In this document: one piece after another, positions 38,223-46,116 of the stretch
Layout of the letters: each line of letters starts with the position of its first letter
Numbering within the stretch: the first letter of the stretch is position 1
Source: Candidatus Latescibacterota bacterium
GTDB taxonomy: Bacteria; Latescibacterota; UBA2968; UBA8231
DNA length: 64,000 nt
Reading direction: 5' to 3'
Assembly: GCA_965248355.1 (NCBI GenBank)
Contig: OZ252098.1
Coordinates: 1,472,001-1,536,000 of the forward strand
Program-made: the position numbers and the translations under genes
The notes under the pieces: model-generated
The model's input: the letters and a program-made list of their open reading frames with translations, nothing else
The model's database searches: none
Told to the model about the DNA's origin: nothing

Positions 38223-39513
38223 AGACCCCATTCTGACCGCTCTGCGCATGAGCGCCGAAGAGCTCACCCCCTTCGACGAGGGCCGCGGCGCCAAGGAGGC
38301 CCGGGACCGCCTGTCGCAGGTGGCCGCCTGGGTGACCTCGGTGACCACCCAGAACCACGATGGCGTCACCCTGACGCCGACCCTGGTCCGCTACCTGGCC
38401 GCCGGCGACCTGGCCGAGCGCCTCCCCCAGCTGGACCGGCTGCGGGATGAGACCCGGCGGGGGCGCTTCGACGCCGGCCGCGAGCTGCAGCGGGAGCTGG
38501 AGTTCCGCCGCTTCGCATCCGAGTCGCGGCGGCAGCGGGACTGGCCCGAGGATCCGGAGCAGGTGCGGCTCGCCTTCGATTCCCTCACGAGGCTCCCGCC
38601 CCCCGTGCGGCCGGGGCCCTTCGAGCTCGACGAGACCGACCGCCTCGAGGCCCGGCGCACGGCGTACGAGGCCCACGGTCTCCTGCGCTTCCTGCGCCGT
38701 TTCCGCGCCGGCACGCGGCGCCCCGTGATCGTCTTCGGCAACGACCGCTACGGACGGATCTTCGTGGTCGAGCCGCTGGAGCCATACCTCGAGGGCTGCG
38801 AGATCCACTATGAGCGGGTCCCCTCCCACGGGTCGATGCGGCTCACCGTCCCCTACCACATCGACCGGTTCTGGCGCAACGCCTTCGCCCCCGACTTCGT
38901 CCGCCGTCTGAGCGCCGAGGCCCCCCACCTGGTGCTGGTCGACGTCTGCAGCCCCCGGGCCACGGAGGACTACACCAAGATCCCCCGGGGCCTGCGCGAC
39001 CTGGTGAACTGGTTCATGGTCTTCAACCACCTGCGCACCGGCGGCGACCGGTCCCGCTACGAGGCGGTCAGCTCGCTGCCTCCCCATCAGCTCGACGAGC
39101 TGCAGCTCTGGCACGAATTCGAGGTCGTGGCCCGCCAGATCGAGCCCTGGGTCGATCCCGGCGAGCCCTACGCCGTGACCCACTGGGCGCCGGAGTTGGA
39201 GGCGGAGGTGCTCATGGGCGACCTCGTGATCCCGGCGCGCCCGGCCGCGCCCACCGAGGAGCCCCAGGTGGTGGTCACCAACCCGGGCTTCTACCGCACA
39301 GAAGGGCCGGACCTGCCCGATTTCCTGCGCCGCACCCAGGCCTATCACTTCAACGACCCGGAAAAGCGAGTGAAGGCGCGGATCGTGGGCGGATGGGGCG
39401 ACCACGGCTTCGAGACCAGGGTCGAGGGCCACACGACCGACGAGTACGTCCTCGCCATCCAGCGCCAGGTCGGCGAGGAGCTGGCGGCCATGGAGGCCGC
39501 CGGCAAGGACTGA
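38209..39513 (+). CDS. Hypothetical protein (possibly a divergent phosphoribosyltransferase-like fold)
   Basis: Genome-typical codons; overlaps the PhyH gene; VIVFGNDRYG and HLVLVD segments. Confidence 0.7.
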   Translation: MLEAEDPILTALRMSAEELTPFDEGRGAKEARDRLSQVAAWVTSVTTQNHDGVTLTPTLVRYLAAGDLAERLPQLDRLRDETRRGRFDAGRELQRELEFRRFASESRRQRDWPEDPEQVRLAFDSLTRLPPPVRPGPFELDETDRLEARRTAYEAHGLLRFLRRFRAGTRRPVIVFGNDRYGRIFVVEPLEPYLEGCEIHYERVPSHGSMRLTVPYHIDRFWRNAFAPDFVRRLSAEAPHLVLVDVCSPRATEDYTKIPRGLRDLVNWFMVFNHLRTGGDRSRYEAVSSLPPHQLDELQLWHEFEVVARQIEPWVDPGEPYAVTHWAPELEAEVLMGDLVIPARPAAPTEEPQVVVTNPGFYRTEGPDLPDFLRRTQAYHFNDPEKRVKARIVGGWGDHGFETRVEGHTTDEYVLAIQRQVGEELAAMEAAGKD

Positions 39514-39538
39514 ACCGGCGGAGGCGATCCGCCGCGGG

Positions 39539-40594
39539 GTGGCATACGTGACCGATCCCGTGCACCTGACCTGTGACGCCCTCCGGGGCCTGATGGGCGA
39601 GATCTTCGCCCGCGTTGGGGTCCCCGCCGAGGAGCGGGTGATCGTCGCCGAGGTGCTGCTGGAGGCGACGATGGCCGGCTATCTCTCCCACGGGATCATG
39701 CGCGTGCCCCTCTACGTCGAGGCGATCCGCAGGGGCCGCATCCATCCGGGGGTCCGGACGCGGGTCCTGCGCCGGAGTGCCTCGGCCCTGCACCTGGACG
39801 CCGGCCACGGCCTGGGGCCGGTGAGCGCCACCGAGGCCGTGGGCCGCGCCACCGGGATGGCGGCGCAGAGCGGGGTGGGCTGCGTCAGCGTCGTGCGCGC
39901 CGCCGACGTGGCCCGCCTCGGCAGCTACGTCATCGAGCCGGCGCGGGCCGGGTTCGTCTGCCTGCTGCTGGTCAACGACGCCGGCGGCAACCCGAACGTG
40001 GCGCCCTGGGGCTCGACCGAGCCCTTCCTCAGCACCAACCCCCTCGCCGCCGGGATCCCGCGGCGGGGCGCGGCGCCGATCGTCATCGACATGTCCACCA
40101 GCGTCGCTGCCGCGGGCCGGCTGAAGATGCTGGCCGCCGAGGGACGGGAGGCGCCGGAGGGCTGGCTCATCGACGAGACCGGGCAGCCCTGCACCGACCC
40201 GGCCGCCGCCCTCGACCTGCCGCCGCGGGCGGCGCTGCTGCCCCTGGGCGGTTTGCTGGCCGGGCACAAGGGATTCGCCCTGAGCCTGCTCGTGGACGTG
40301 CTGGCCGGGGCCCTGAGCGGGGCCGGCTGCAGCGCCGGCGACCTGGACTCGAGCGACCGCAACGGGCTGTTCGTGCTCGCCGTCGACCCGGAGCACTTCC
40401 TCGGGCGCGAGGGGTTCCTCGACCGCGTGGAGGAGTACGTGCAGCGGCTGAAGGGGCTGCGGACCGCGCCGGGGGTGGAGGAGGTCCTGGTGCCCGGAGA
40501 GCGGGCCCACCGCGAGCGCGAGCGGGCCCTGGCCGAGGGGCTGCGCCTCGACCCGGGGATCTGGGGCCCGGTGCAGGCCCTGATGGAGCGATGA
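39539..40594 (+). CDS. Ldh_2 family oxidoreductase (malate/L-lactate/ureidoglycolate dehydrogenase-like)
   Basis: SHG..R...Y, DAGHGLG, TNPLAAG, DMSTS, GHKGFAL, VPGE. Confidence 0.9.
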   Translation: MAYVTDPVHLTCDALRGLMGEIFARVGVPAEERVIVAEVLLEATMAGYLSHGIMRVPLYVEAIRRGRIHPGVRTRVLRRSASALHLDAGHGLGPVSATEAVGRATGMAAQSGVGCVSVVRAADVARLGSYVIEPARAGFVCLLLVNDAGGNPNVAPWGSTEPFLSTNPLAAGIPRRGAAPIVIDMSTSVAAAGRLKMLAAEGREAPEGWLIDETGQPCTDPAAALDLPPRAALLPLGGLLAGHKGFALSLLVDVLAGALSGAGCSAGDLDSSDRNGLFVLAVDPEHFLGREGFLDRVEEYVQRLKGLRTAPGVEEVLVPGERAHRERERALAEGLRLDPGIWGPVQALMER

Positions 40595-40764
40595 ACGGAG
40601 CGAGCTGGCGGGAGCATCCCCGGACGGGGGTCTTCCCGCGGGGGACCGCTCCCTCGGCCTGCGCTACGTGCCGGTGAAGCTGTCCACCACCGCCGGACAG
40701 CTCGCCGGCGAACCGGGAGTTGATCTCGCCCGAGCCCACGTTGAAGTGCCAGCGACTGGTTCCG

Positions 40765-41601
40765 CTAGAGCCGCCGACCCTCCGGTCCCTGCTCCAGGCC
40801 GGCCAGGAAGTCGAGCAGTCTCGCGTTGAACAGCCCCGGCTGCTCCTGGTGGATGTAGTGCCCGCTCTCGGTGACCACCTCCAGCCGTGCGCGACGGGCG
40901 GGCAACCGCCGCGCCAGATCCGCCGCCTCGGGATCGGAGGACCGCACGCGGCCCCTTCCCGCGGCGAAGACGAGCAGGGGCACCTCGCACCAGCGGCCCT
41001 CGGGGACAGGGACATCGTCCGGATCGGAGCGGCCCCTGGCCGCCTCCCAGCGGTCGGGGCAGGCCCGCCGCCAGCGCATGAGGCGGGTGAGGCGGTCGAG
41101 GTTGAACTCACTCGGGTAGTCCCACTCGCGGCCCATGGCCGCCAGGGCCTCTCGGTGCCTGGCATGGAGGGCGGCCGTGGCCTCGTCGAAGCGCTCCGGA
41201 CCGAAGGTACCTGACTGGAAGTCGAACTTGCCGAAGGCACCGCTGTCCACGCTCACGATCGCCTCCACCTCGTCCGGCCGGCTCAGGTACATCTGGCGCG
41301 CGACCCCGGCGCCGGCACTGTGCCCGATCAACACCGCCCGGTCCAGGCCCAGGTGGTCGAGGAGGGCCCAGGCGTCGCGGGCGTCCTTAGCCACGGTCAC
41401 CGCGCCGTCGGGATCGCTGCCCCCGCGGCCGGCGCGGAGCGGGAAGACCACGCGGTACCCGGCCGCGGCCAGCACCTGGAGCTGGGCGTCCCACTCACCG
41501 GCGTCGTCCTCCGAGGAGGCGCCGTGAAGCAGCAGGAGGGTCCGGCCGCTCCCCTCGTCGGAGTAGAGGAGCCGCCGCCGGCCGAGGCGGAACTCCTTCA
41601 T
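40765..41601 (-). CDS. Alpha/beta fold hydrolase
   Basis: LLLHG, GRGGS, GHSAG nucleophile elbow, SGHYIHQEQP. Confidence 0.88.
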   Translation of the reverse strand: MKEFRLGRRRLLYSDEGSGRTLLLLHGASSEDDAGEWDAQLQVLAAAGYRVVFPLRAGRGGSDPDGAVTVAKDARDAWALLDHLGLDRAVLIGHSAGAGVARQMYLSRPDEVEAIVSVDSGAFGKFDFQSGTFGPERFDEATAALHARHREALAAMGREWDYPSEFNLDRLTRLMRWRRACPDRWEAARGRSDPDDVPVPEGRWCEVPLLVFAAGRGRVRSSDPEAADLARRLPARRARLEVVTESGHYIHQEQPGLFNARLLDFLAGLEQGPEGRRL

Positions 41602-41691
41602 GGCCCGGAGCCCGGGGACGGCCGGTCCCCGGACGGCGCGACGCCCTCCGAAGGACGCGGTGTCGATGTTCGAGGACCGAGTCCAGCGGCG

Positions 41692-41787
41692 CCAGTCAAT
41701 TGTCCGTCAATTTGATAAATACAGGAAAATCAGTGGTTTACGGAATTGCAGGGGCAGTCCGGCGGTTCTCCGTCAACTACCCGTCGA
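41692..41787. repeat. att-arm-like site: two pairs of 11-bp-period CCGTCAA-type repeats around an IHF consensus
   Basis: CCAGTCAA 41692 / TCCGTCAA 41703 and TCCGTCAA 41769 / CCCGTCGA 41780; AATCAGtggtTTA (WATCARnnnnTTR) at 41728-41740 in an AT-rich patch. Confidence 0.5.
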
Positions 41788-41816
41788 TCAGGTTCCGAGA
41801 CTCCGGACGCGGGTGG

Positions 41817-42670
41817 TCAGGCCCAGAATGGCACGTATTTCATGAATCTCGGTCCGGCGTCCTCGTCAAAGGGTTTGATCATGCCCGCGTCCACGGCCTC
41901 ACGAATGCGGCGAGAAGCGACCGCCTTGTTGTTCTCCTTGATGCCGAACCTCTCTCGAAGTGAGGCGTTGGTCAGAAAGTCCCGCATCACGTACCTCAGG
42001 CAGGCGTGCAGGTAACAGGCCCGCAGCCGCTCGGCTCCATCCATGTCGGCCAGATCCTTGTAGGCAAACAGGACAACGCGGGTAAACCCCGGCGGAACCT
42101 CGAAGAGCGGGGCCGGCAGTGGAGCAACTCAACTTCCAGGACAACCTTGTCGATCCCGCTGCCTCGTTCCTCACAGATGCGAGCTCGGCGCATCAGGGAA
42201 GCCAGCGCCTCGTTCCGAGACCTGGGCGGCGTGTCCAGGAAGCGTTGGGTATCCACGAGCGGCTCACCGGGGTTGGTGATGTCGATGCGGTCGTCGAAGA
42301 TCTCCACCGTCGGTCCCGCGCCGGTGACGGAGAAATCCTGGTGGATGAGCGCGTTGGCCACGAGCTCGCGGATGGCGAGTTCGGGAAACATCGGCACCGT
42401 CCTGCGCAAGGCCTTCCCAATCATCTCGTCCGGTCGGAAGTATCCCGTCCATGTATGCGATCAAGCCCTCGAAACCGCAGGCGTATCCTTTGCCACCTTC
42501 CTGTTCCCTGATGGTCTCCGTCCGCCCCTTGCCGCGGTACTGGATGACCCGTACTGCCTTGCGCTTCAGGTGCGGATAGTCAGCGAGGTTCCTGGCGAAG
42601 AGGATGGCGCCCAGGTTCGTGATGTCGAAGCCTCCGGCTCTGCTCGAGGAGATGAGCAGGTCGCTCTGCG
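41817..42670 (-). pseudogene. 5'-truncated, doubly frameshifted RecG-C/HATPase_c_4 (AlbA_2-associated) ATP-binding regulator
   Basis: Three frames join: ITNLGAILFA...VRVIQY.G / FPELAIRELVANALIHQDF...IFDDRIDITNPG...RN..LA..MR...ICEERGSGIDK / RLRACYLHACLRY....TNASLRERFG...YVPFWA. Confidence 0.85.
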
Positions 42671-42723
42671 CCCTGGATGAATTCGAGATGCTTGAGCCTG
42701 GCTTTCATCCAACGGCCTGATGT

Positions 42724-42800
42724 TGGTGGGCGATCCCCGGCTCGAACGGGGGACCTCCTGCTTGTAAGGCAGGCGCTCTGACCAACTGAGCTAATCGCCC
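42724..42800 (-). tRNA. tRNA-Val (anticodon TAC), CCA encoded
   Basis: Minus strand GGGCGATTAGCTCAGTTGGTCAGAGCGCCTGCCTTACAAGCAGGAGGTCCCCCGTTCGAGCCGGGGATCGCCCACCA folds as a full cloverleaf. Confidence 0.97.
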
Positions 42801-42843
42801 TCGCGGCGAATGTAACCCCGGCTCCGCACCTCGACCAGATGGC

Positions 42844-43695
42844 TCAGGCGGCCAGCTCGAAGATCGGCCGGCCGGCGGCCGCCTCGCGCCTCAGCCGGTC
42901 CACCTCCTCGTCCGTGACCGGCGTGAAGCTCTCGGCGATCTCCAGGGCCATGCGGAACAGGGCCGGCTCCCCGGGCGGGATCGCCGCCGTGACCGGCTGC
43001 GACAGGGTGAAGCGCAGGGCGAGGTCCGCCAGCTCCCGGTCCTCCAGCGGCTCGTACCAGCACTTGGACCACTTGCGGCCGCCGCCCGGAGTCAGCTTGC
43101 CGCGGGCCAGCGCCTTCAGCGCCAGACGCGCCGTCCCCCGGGCCTCGGCCGCGGCCACCACCGCGGGGCCGAAGTCGGCGCCGAGCCAGGTGCACCAGTT
43201 CACGGGGAAGAGCACCGAGTCGAAGTCCACCGCCTCGATGAGCCGCAGGGCCGTCTCCGAGGAGTGGGACGAGAACCCGAGGTAGCGCGTCATCCCCCGC
43301 TCCCTGGCCTCGCGGAACAGCTCCAGGGCCCCGCCCGGGCCCGTGACCTGGTCGAAGTCCTCCTCGGTGTTGACGGCGTGCAACTGGTAGAGGTCGACGT
43401 GGTCGGTGCGCAGCAGGCGCAGGGACTCCTCCAGCTCGCGGCGCGCCCCCGCCGCCGTGCGCTCGGTGGTCTTGCAGGCCAGGAAGACCTCCTTGCGGTA
43501 GGGCTCCAGGGCCGGGCCCAGCATCTCCTGGGCGTTGCCGTACGTGGGCGCCACGTCGAAGTAGTCGACGCCGCGATCCACGGCCTCGGCCACCAGGCCG
43601 CTCGCCTCGTCCGCATCGACCCCGCTCACCAGGATGCCGCCGAAGCCGACGATGGACAGCCTCTCCCCGGTGCTGCCGTACTCGCGCTTCTCCAT
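42844..43695 (-). CDS. Aldo/keto reductase
   Basis: GVDYFDVAPTYG, FLACKT, SLRLLRTDHVDLYQLH, LGFSSH. Confidence 0.92.
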   Translation of the reverse strand: MEKREYGSTGERLSIVGFGGILVSGVDADEASGLVAEAVDRGVDYFDVAPTYGNAQEMLGPALEPYRKEVFLACKTTERTAAGARRELEESLRLLRTDHVDLYQLHAVNTEEDFDQVTGPGGALELFREARERGMTRYLGFSSHSSETALRLIEAVDFDSVLFPVNWCTWLGADFGPAVVAAAEARGTARLALKALARGKLTPGGGRKWSKCWYEPLEDRELADLALRFTLSQPVTAAIPPGEPALFRMALEIAESFTPVTDEEVDRLRREAAAGRPIFELAA

Positions 43696-43708
43696 CTCTC
43701 GCCCCTCC

Positions 43709-44557
43709 TCAGCCCGCCGCTCGCGTCTCGGGCAGCCAGAACAGCTTGCCCTTGTCCCCGGCCGCCACCTGTCCCGCGACGTCGAAGAGCCGGCTCTCCT
43801 CGGCCGGGGTCAGCGGCGTGAAGGCCTCGGCCAGGGCCACGTTCTCCTCCACCTGCTCCACCGTGTCCATGCCGACGACGGCCACGTCGAGGTCGAGGCC
43901 CATGGAGTAACGCAGGAACAGCCCCCGGTCCTCCTCGGGCACCTGGCCGTAGGCCAGCACCTTCATGGCCATGATCCCCATGCCTCGGGAGCGGGCGGCA
44001 GGGATGGTGGTGGAGGAGAAGTCGTTCCAGACGCGGTTGGCGGCGCCCAGGGGGTTGAGGACGGTGTCGAAGTCGTACTCCCCGATCATGCGAACGAAGT
44101 GGGCCGGATGGGTGTGGCCGGTGAGACCGACGAAGCGGATCCGGCCCTGCCGCCGGTACTCCTCGATGACGCGCAGGGCGCCGTCGGGCCGCAGCACCTC
44201 CTCCAGGCCTCCGGCCTCGTCGATGGCGTGGAGCTGCATGAGGTCGATCTGCTCCACCCCGAGGTGCTCGAAGCTGGCGGCGATCTCCTGCCGCACCGCG
44301 GCCCCGGAGCGCTCCAGGCACTTGGTGGCCACGAACAGGCCGTCGCGGTCCCGGTCCTGCAGGGCCAGCCCGAGGCGGCGCTCACTCTCCTTGTACTTCG
44401 AGGCCGTGTCGAGGTAGGTGATGCCGAGGTCGATGGCGCGGTGGACGACGGCCACGGCGGCGGCGTCCTCGTCGGCGAGGTTCCAGCAGACGCCGCCCAG
44501 GCCGAGGGCGGTGACGGTCTGGCCGGTGCGGCCGAGGGTGCGGGTGGGAAGGGGCAC
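43709..44557 (-). CDS. Aldo/keto reductase (start re-called to GTG 44557)
   Basis: AGGAG RBS; RTLGRTG, GITYLDTASKY, ATK, IDLMQLH, VGLTGH, MK. Confidence 0.9.
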   Translation of the reverse strand: MPLPTRTLGRTGQTVTALGLGGVCWNLADEDAAAVAVVHRAIDLGITYLDTASKYKESERRLGLALQDRDRDGLFVATKCLERSGAAVRQEIAASFEHLGVEQIDLMQLHAIDEAGGLEEVLRPDGALRVIEEYRRQGRIRFVGLTGHTHPAHFVRMIGEYDFDTVLNPLGAANRVWNDFSSTTIPAARSRGMGIMAMKVLAYGQVPEEDRGLFLRYSMGLDLDVAVVGMDTVEQVEENVALAEAFTPLTPAEESRLFDVAGQVAAGDKGKLFWLPETRAAG

Positions 44558-44630
44558 TTGTGCTCTCCTGTGGCGTGTGGGTGCGGCGCAAAGATAGCGC
44601 CGGCGAGCCAGTGACGCCCTGTGAGGAAGA

Positions 44631-44660
44631 TTGACGGATCCGGCCGGCGGCCCGTACATT
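44631..44660 (+). promoter_or_regulatory. Putative sigma70 promoter of the tyrS leader
   Basis: TTGACG-18 bp-TACATT, 7 nt upstream of the uORF ATG. Confidence 0.55.
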
Positions 44661-44667
44661 GGCCGCC

Positions 44668-44751
44668 ATGGAATCGCCTGCACCAACGACCGTCACCGAC
44701 CGCCGATACCGCCGGTCCGGGGCCATCCGCACCGGGGGAACCGAGCGTTAG
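44668..44751 (+). CDS. Putative leaderless tyrS leader peptide MESPAPTTVTDRRYRRSGAIRTGGTER
   Basis: ATG lies at the predicted +1; single Tyr codon (TAC 44707-44709); the uORF overlaps attenuator segments 1 and 2. Confidence 0.5.
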   Translation: MESPAPTTVTDRRYRRSGAIRTGGTER

Positions 44752-44776
44752 AAGCTGCGGTCCGTTCGACACACCA

Positions 44777-44812
44777 CCCCCGGTGACGGAAGCCCCGTCA
44801 TCGGGGGTTTTT
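44777..44812 (+). terminator. Intrinsic terminator (attenuator) upstream of tyrS
   Basis: 13-bp stem CCCCCGGTGACGG / CCGTCATCGGGGG with one G-U pair, 5-nt loop, then TTTTT; 21 nt before the tyrS ATG. Confidence 0.8.
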
Positions 44813-44833
44813 CTATGCGAGAAGGCAAGTGAG

Positions 44834-46084
44834 ATGAACGTCCTCGAAGATCTCAGGTACCGCGGCCTGCTGCACCAGGTCACCGACCTCGACGGCCTGA
44901 CGGAGCGGCTGGAGCAGGGGCCGATCACGCTCTACAACGGCTTCGACCCTACCGCCGACAGTCTCACCATCGGCAACCTCGTGCCGCTGCTGATGCTGCG
45001 CCGCTTCCAGCTGGCCGGGCATCACCCGATCTGCCTGGTGGGCGGCGGCACCGGCCTCATCGGCGATCCCGGCGGCAAGGAGCGGGAGCGGGCCCTCAAC
45101 CCGGCGGAGGTGGTGGAGACCTTCACCGAGAGGATCCGCGCCCAGGTGGAGCCCTTCCTCGACTTCGAGGTGAAGACCAATCCCGCCCGCCTGGTGAACA
45201 ACCTCGACTGGCTCTCCGGGGTCACCGCCATCGAGCTGATGCGCGACGTGGGCAAGCACTTCCCCGTGCCCTACATGCTCGCCAAGGAGTCGGTGGCCTC
45301 GCGCCTGAAGACCGGCATCTCGTACACCGAGTTCAGCTACATGGTGCTGCAGGCCTACGACTTCCTGGAACTGCATCGGCGCCTCGGCTGCCAGCTGCAG
45401 ACCGGCGGCAGCGACCAGTGGGGCAACATCACCGCCGGCTCCGACCTGATCCGCCGCGCCGACGGCGCCAAGGCTTTCGGCCTAACCTGCCCCCTCGTGA
45501 CCAGCGCCGGCGGCGCCAAGTTCGGCAAGACCGAGGCCGGCGCCCTGTGGCTCTCCGCGGAGCGGACGTCGCCCTACGAGTTCTACCAGTACTGGATCAA
45601 CACCGACGACCGCACCGTGGGCAGCTACCTGAGGATCTTCACCTTCCTCGACCCCGACGAGATCCGCCAGCTCGAGGAGTCGGTGGCCGCCGACCCCGGC
45701 GCCCGGGAGGCCCAGCGCACCCTCGCCCAGGAGGCCACGGCCGTCGTCCACGGCCCCAAAGCCGCAAGCCAGGCCGAGCGCATCTCGCGGGCCCTGTTCC
45801 AGGGGAAAGTGCGGGAACTGCGGGAAGAGGACCTGGAGCTGGCCTTCGACGGCGTGCCCTCCCACGACATGGAGGGCGAGGAGCAGGGCCTCGTGGAGCT
45901 GCTCGTCGACGCCGGCGTCTCCTCCTCCCGGCGGCAGGCCCGCCAGGACATCGGCGCCGGCGCCATCTACCTCAACGGCGAGCGCTGCACCGAGGAGTCC
46001 CGCCGCGTGGGCCGGGACGACCGCCTGCACGGCCGCTGCGTGGTGATCCGCCGGGGGAAGAGCCGGTACTACCTGGTGCGGTAG
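44834..46084 (+). CDS. tyrS: Tyrosine--tRNA ligase
   Basis: Start re-called to MNVLEDL; GFDPTADSLTIGN (HIGH variant), Y.VLQAYD, GGSDQWGN, KFGKT, C-terminal S4-like domain. Confidence 0.97.
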   Translation: MNVLEDLRYRGLLHQVTDLDGLTERLEQGPITLYNGFDPTADSLTIGNLVPLLMLRRFQLAGHHPICLVGGGTGLIGDPGGKERERALNPAEVVETFTERIRAQVEPFLDFEVKTNPARLVNNLDWLSGVTAIELMRDVGKHFPVPYMLAKESVASRLKTGISYTEFSYMVLQAYDFLELHRRLGCQLQTGGSDQWGNITAGSDLIRRADGAKAFGLTCPLVTSAGGAKFGKTEAGALWLSAERTSPYEFYQYWINTDDRTVGSYLRIFTFLDPDEIRQLEESVAADPGAREAQRTLAQEATAVVHGPKAASQAERISRALFQGKVRELREEDLELAFDGVPSHDMEGEEQGLVELLVDAGVSSSRRQARQDIGAGAIYLNGERCTEESRRVGRDDRLHGRCVVIRRGKSRYYLVR

Positions 46085-46086
46085 CC

Positions 46087-46116
46087 GGGACGGGACGGCG
46101 CCGGATGGCCCGTCCC
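46087..46116. terminator. Hairpin between the convergent tyrS and NHL-repeat genes
   Basis: GGGACGGG ... CCCGTCCC inverted repeat, with no clear U-tract. Confidence 0.35.

Noticed and set aside
44725..44750. T-box riboswitch upstream of tyrS (GGGGGAACCGAGCG loosely resembles the T-box sequence)
   Set aside because: It lacks the invariant UGGN that pairs with the tRNA NCCA end, no Stem I AG/GNUG boxes are visible, and the leader is only about 145 nt.
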